A DNA stretch of 64,000 nt from an uncultured Candidatus Rokubacteria bacterium. GTDB lineage: Bacteria; Methylomirabilota; Methylomirabilia; Rokubacteriales; DASRDR01. How positions within the stretch are numbered: position 1 is the stretch's first letter; each line of letters begins with the position of its first letter. The stretch is taken from NCBI GenBank assembly GCA_963708025.1, contig CAVPSB010000013.1, forward strand, positions 416,001-480,000, written 5' to 3'. Under the pieces are notes generated by a model that saw only the letters and a list, made by a program, of their open reading frames with translations, searched no databases and was not told the origin of the DNA. Below, piece after piece: positions 58,411-64,000 of this stretch. The position numbers and the translations under genes are program-made.

Positions 58411-60891
58411 CTAGCCGGGCCCGGCGGCGGGGAACTCGACCGTGAAGACCGCGCCCGGGCCCGGGTCGCGGTTCTCCGCCCGGATGGTGCCGCGGTGGAC
58501 GTTGACGATGGCCCGGCACAGCGCGAGGCCGAGCCCGGTGCCGTGCCGCTTGGTGGTCACGAAGGGCTCGAAGACCGTCTCGCGGACCGACTCGGAGATC
58601 CCCGGTCCGGTGTCCGCGACCTCCAGGAAGACCGTCGGGCGCGAGCGCCCCCGCCGCTCCCCGCAGCGCACGTGGATCTCCCCCCGGTCGGAGACCGCCT
58701 CCCGGGCGTTGACCACCAGGTTCAGGCAGAGCTGCTGGAGCTGCTCGCGGTCGCCGCGGACCCGGCAGCCGCCCTCGAGGTCCAGGACGACGGTGACGGA
58801 CGCCTGGCTCAGGCTGGCCTGGAGCAGGCGCAGGGTCTCCCGGATCACCTCGCCCAGATCGACCGGCGTGAACGTCGCGCGCGGGACGTCGCGCATCCCC
58901 ATCAGCCGCTCGAGCAGCGCGTCGATCCGGTCGATCTCCCGCGTCCCCACGCTGGCGAACTCGCGCTGCTCCTCCTGGGCGGCGCACGTGCAGCCCTCGG
59001 GCAGGAGCTGGAAGTGCGTCTTGATCGCCACCAGCGGGTTCCGCACCTCGTGCGCGATGCCCGACGCCATCGCGCCCAGCGTGGCCAGCCGCTCGACCCG
59101 GCGGGTCTCCGCCTCGAGCTCCTTGACCCGGCTCAGGTCGCTGCCCACGCAGACCGCGCCGTGGACCTCGCCCTGCGCGTTCAGCAGCGGGGCCACCGCG
59201 CAGACGAGATGGACGGCCGGGCCGGGGCCGCTCCGCAGCGCGACCTCTTCCTGACGCGGCTGCCCGTCGGCGAGCGTCTCCCCGATCAGCCGGGCCAGCG
59301 GATGCGCGGCCGGCAGGGTATGGCCGCGCACCGACTCCCCCGGCAGCCCGGTCACGCGCGCGGCCGCGTCGTTGAACCACTCGACCTGGCCGAGCCGGTT
59401 CACCGCCACCACCGCGCCCGGCATCGTCTGGAGGATCGCCTCGATCTGCTCGCGGGCACGCACCACGTCCCGGTGGAGCCGCGCGTTGGCGAGCGCCACC
59501 GCCGCCTCGGCGGCGAGCGCGCCGAGCAGGGCCACGTCCTCGTCGAAGTAGGGATCCCCCGAGCGCTTCGGCCCGATCACCAGGAGGCCGCCCAGCCCGC
59601 CCGGCCCCGGGTCGGCGCCGATGGGCACGGCCAGCTCGCCGCCCCGGCCGGCCAGCTCGCCGAGGGCGCGCTGCCCGTCGGCGTCGGCCCGGCCGGGATC
59701 GTCGAGCAGGAGGGGCTGGCGATGACGCGTGAGCCAGCTCACCAGGGCCGAGTCCGCCGGCAGGCTCTCCGCTCCGCCGGCATCCGGCTCGAGCGCGCGA
59801 CCCTGCCGCACGGCGCGCCGGTACCCGGACCCGTCGGGCGCCGGCAGCCACACCTCGACGCGGTCGGGCCGGACGGCCCGGTCCACCACCATGCCGAGGT
59901 CGATGAGGAGCGTGTCGAGGTGCCGTAGCTGCCCCAGCCGCTCCATCGCTTCCCGGATGACCTCGTGATAGGCGTAGCGTTCCCGGTACACGTAGGCGTT
60001 GAGCACCCGGTGCAGGCGATTGCGGAGCGGCGCGGCCAGGACGGCGACCACGCCGACCACGAGGGCGCCCAGGACCAGCCGCCCCACGGCGGTGGGAGTC
60101 CACAGGTCCACGGCCACCACGAGCGCGACCGCCGGCGCCGCCAGGATGAGACCGGTCAGGGCATAGACGGTGCCGTCGCGCACGATGAGCCGGATGTCCA
60201 TCAGCCGGTGGCGGATGATGGCGTGCGCCATGACGGCGATCATGGGGATCGTGAACAGCGGGCCGTAGCTGGAGACCGCCGCCGTCCCGACCAGCAGCGG
60301 GGCCACCAGGTTCGTCGTGATGATGGCCAGGCTGGGGACGACGAACCCCAGCAGGAGGTACTGGAGCTGGAGCCGGGCCAGCCCGGTCGCCCGGCGGAAC
60401 CGCCGCCAGAGGGTGGCCACGGCCGCGCCGATGCAGGCGAAGACGTATGCCCCGAACGCCGGGTAGAGGGGGCCGTAGAAGTTCAGGTGGTGGCCGTCCT
60501 GGAAGATCGACTCGCGGTAGACGAGCGGCGTGAACGAGAGCAGCGTGAAGGCCCCGCCCAGGACGGCAAAGACGGCGAAGTCCCACTGGCCCCGGAGGGT
60601 GGCCCCGTGCGGGAGGCTCTTGACCAGCGCCAGCAGGCAGAGGACGAGGAGGCTGGCGCCGACGTAGGCGAGGCGATCGAGGAGCGGCGGCGAGCTGGCG
60701 GTGCGGATGAAGAGGAGCCCGATGCTCCACAGCGCGATGCTGCCGCCGAACGCGGCGAACAGCCGGTGGGGCCAGCTCCCCGGCCTCTGCCGGTACACGG
60801 AGAGGCCGAAGGCGACGTTGACGATCGCGACCGCCAGCAGGAGCAGGCGAACGAGCGGATACTCCGGGCCGACGAGCTCCGTGACGCTCAT
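58411..60891 (-). CDS. membrane sensor histidine kinase (multi-TM N-terminus, GAF, PAS, HisKA, HATPase); PrsK-like layout
   Basis: Seven or more TM helices; AIIRHRLMDI; GPKRSGDPY; GIAHEVRNPL; FVTTKRHGTGLGL. Confidence 0.93.
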   Translation of the reverse strand: MSVTELVGPEYPLVRLLLLAVAIVNVAFGLSVYRQRPGSWPHRLFAAFGGSIALWSIGLLFIRTASSPPLLDRLAYVGASLLVLCLLALVKSLPHGATLRGQWDFAVFAVLGGAFTLLSFTPLVYRESIFQDGHHLNFYGPLYPAFGAYVFACIGAAVATLWRRFRRATGLARLQLQYLLLGFVVPSLAIITTNLVAPLLVGTAAVSSYGPLFTIPMIAVMAHAIIRHRLMDIRLIVRDGTVYALTGLILAAPAVALVVAVDLWTPTAVGRLVLGALVVGVVAVLAAPLRNRLHRVLNAYVYRERYAYHEVIREAMERLGQLRHLDTLLIDLGMVVDRAVRPDRVEVWLPAPDGSGYRRAVRQGRALEPDAGGAESLPADSALVSWLTRHRQPLLLDDPGRADADGQRALGELAGRGGELAVPIGADPGPGGLGGLLVIGPKRSGDPYFDEDVALLGALAAEAAVALANARLHRDVVRAREQIEAILQTMPGAVVAVNRLGQVEWFNDAAARVTGLPGESVRGHTLPAAHPLARLIGETLADGQPRQEEVALRSGPGPAVHLVCAVAPLLNAQGEVHGAVCVGSDLSRVKELEAETRRVERLATLGAMASGIAHEVRNPLVAIKTHFQLLPEGCTCAAQEEQREFASVGTREIDRIDALLERLMGMRDVPRATFTPVDLGEVIRETLRLLQASLSQASVTVVLDLEGGCRVRGDREQLQQLCLNLVVNAREAVSDRGEIHVRCGERRGRSRPTVFLEVADTGPGISESVRETVFEPFVTTKRHGTGLGLALCRAIVNVHRGTIRAENRDPGPGAVFTVEFPAAGPG

Positions 60892-60940
60892 GGGGCCACC
60901 GTTGCACTCCCTTATACCCCATGCTATTGGGGAGGGCGAG

Positions 60941-62406
<1,466 letters not shown>

Positions 62407-62415
62407 CTCCCGCCG

Positions 62416-62460
62416 GATTCTTGTGCAGCGTCGCCCCGCGCTGCACGAATCCTTGTGCAC
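62416..62460. promoter_or_regulatory. inverted repeat, candidate activator binding site (or terminator)
   Basis: gattcttgtgcagcg...cgctgcacgaatc plus a further ttgtgcac, about 70-110 bp upstream of the sigma54 promoter. Confidence 0.55.
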
Positions 62461-62523
62461 GCCCGCGAGCCGCCCCCCGTCGAGATCGGCTGCCCGGGCG
62501 CGGAGATAGCAGCCTTCGCGCCG

Positions 62524-62538
62524 TGGCACGCGCGTTGC
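62524..62538 (+). promoter_or_regulatory. sigma54 (-24/-12) promoter
   Basis: TGGCAC-GCGCG-TTGC, an exact consensus match. Confidence 0.88.
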
Positions 62539-62598
62539 GCTTCCTTCACGCAGGCGGCGAGGGACGAGGACCTCCACCAGCGACTACGGGAGGGAGCC

Positions 62599-63448
62599 AT
62601 GGTCGGCGCGCAGGCGGTCAACCGGCGGCGGTGGTGGGACGAGGACGAGGTCGTCGCCTCCCTGGACTTCGGTCTGGCGACGGCGACCGACGACTTCGAG
62701 GGCGCGTTCCGGCTCCTCCACGATCAGTACGTCCGGGTCGGGTACATGAGCCCCCACCCCACCCGCCGCCGCGTCGGCATCTTCAACGCGGTCCCGTCCA
62801 CCAAGGTGTTCGTCGCCAAGGACGGAGACCGGGTGGTCGGCACCGTGACCCTGGTCCAGGACTCCCCGGTCGGGCTCCCGATGGACCAGGTCTACCGCGA
62901 GGAGGTGTCGCGCTTCCGCGCTCCGGGCCGGCGCCTCGGGGAAGCCTCGACGCTGACCGTGGACCCCGCGCTACCGGGACTCGGGGGTCGCGATCCTGAT
63001 GCGGCTCTACCGGCTGCTGAGCGTCTACGCCACCACGATCGCCCGCCTGCACGACCTCTGCATGGTGGTCCGCCGCCACCACGTCCGGTTCTACCGGACG
63101 CTCTTCCCGTTTCGCCCGATCGGGCCGACCCGACCGTATCCGCGGCTCAACGGGGCGCCGGTGGTCGGCTTCCACACGGACCTGACGCCGGTCCGGGCGC
63201 TCGTCCAGGAGGCGCGGGGCCTGATGCCCGGCAGTCCCCTGGATTTCTTCTTCGGCCCGGAGCACCTCCCCGCGGTGCTGGCCCGCCTGCATCGGGACCT
63301 GGCGGTGTCGGCCATGAGCCCGGATCAGGTGGCGCACTTCTTCGCGGGACCCGGCGCCGAGGCCGCCGGCTCGCTGGCGCGGGCGACCGGGCTCCTGAGC
63401 GCCGGGCACCTTCCGGCGCTCCGACCGGTCCACCAGCTCACTGCGTGA
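62599..63448 (+). CDS. FeeM-like N-acyl amino acid synthase / GNAT acyltransferase (frameshift near 62970)
   Basis: AFRLLHDQYVRVGY, VVGTVTLVQDSPVGLPMD, GRRLGEASTLTVD, HHVRFY, YPRLNGAP. Confidence 0.8.
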
Positions 63449-63518
63449 ACGTTGCCGCCCGGTCCGCGCCGGCGGCGAGGGACGCGAAACCCGAGGTCGG
63501 GTCAACCGGGAGGGTGCC

Positions 63519-64000
63519 ATGAACGGAGCGCAGGCGGTCAACCGGCGGCGGTGGTGGGACGGAGGACGAGGTCGTCGCCTCCCTGGACTTCGGTCTGGCG
63601 ACGGCGACCGACGACTTCGACGGCGCGTTCCGGCTCCTCCACGACAACTACGTCCGCGACGGCCACATGACGCCGCATCCGACCGGTCGCCGCGTCGGCA
63701 TCTTCAACGCGCTGCCGTCCACCCGGGTGTTCGTCGCCAAGGACGGAGACCGGGTGGTCGGCACCGTCACGCTGGTCCCGGACTCGCCCGTCGGGCTCCC
63801 GATGGACCAGGTGTATCGGCAGGAGCTGGCAGGCCTGCGCGCGCGCGGCCGCCGCCTGGGGGAAGCCGGGACGCTCACCGTGGACCGCGCCTACCGCGCT
63901 TCGGGGGTCGCGATCCTGGCGCGGCTCTTCCGGATGCTGAGCCTGTATGCCGCCCGGATCGCCCGCCTGCACGAGCTGGTCATGGTCGTGGCCCCGCACC
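63519..64000 (+). CDS. second FeeM-like acyltransferase, runs off the window (frameshift near 63561)
   Basis: Near-identical N-terminal DNA to the 62599 gene; ELVMVVAPH at the window edge. Confidence 0.8.
   Translation, partial: MNGAQAVNRRRWWDGGRGRRLPGLRSGDGDRRLRRRVPAPPRQLRPRRPHDAASDRSPRRHLQRAAVHPGVRRQGRRPGGRHRHAGPGLARRAPDGPGVSAGAGRPARARPPPGGSRDAHRGPRLPRFGGRDPGAALPDAEPVCRPDRPPARAGHGRGPA

Overview
Very GC-rich bacterial chromosomal segment. The gene content (zinc-ribbon/adenylate cyclase/AAA/TPR proteins, ABC_sub_bind remnant, many ABC transporters and hydrolases) suggests an uncultured soil lineage such as Ca. Rokubacteria/Methylomirabilota; this is inference only. Many genes carry single-base frameshifts typical of an unpolished long-read assembly. 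Contents: hydrolase and transport genes (0-25 kb); a 25.4-34.5 kb catabolic-looking operon (isochorismatase, cupin, RbsA/C/B-type ABC transporter, RHH, DUF1989, RidA, PuuE-like deacetylase, LigA/LigB-type dioxygenase); a Co-type nitrile hydratase operon whose activator is fused to a Cys-rich ferredoxin-like domain; a lower-GC mosaic island (~43.6-58.4 kb); and a 7TM histidine kinase / sigma54 activator / tandem FeeM-like acyltransferase locus. The most striking unexplained signal is 13 copies, lying between genes or at a gene break, of a 21-bp quasi-palindrome (CYYGGAWC-N5-GWTCTAGG) seen only in the island. They bracket single genes and gene fragments like recombination-cassette boundaries. 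Several nested short palindromic repeat families occupy intergenic spaces. I saw no rRNA, tRNA or CRISPR array. All family calls come from motif recognition, not database searches.
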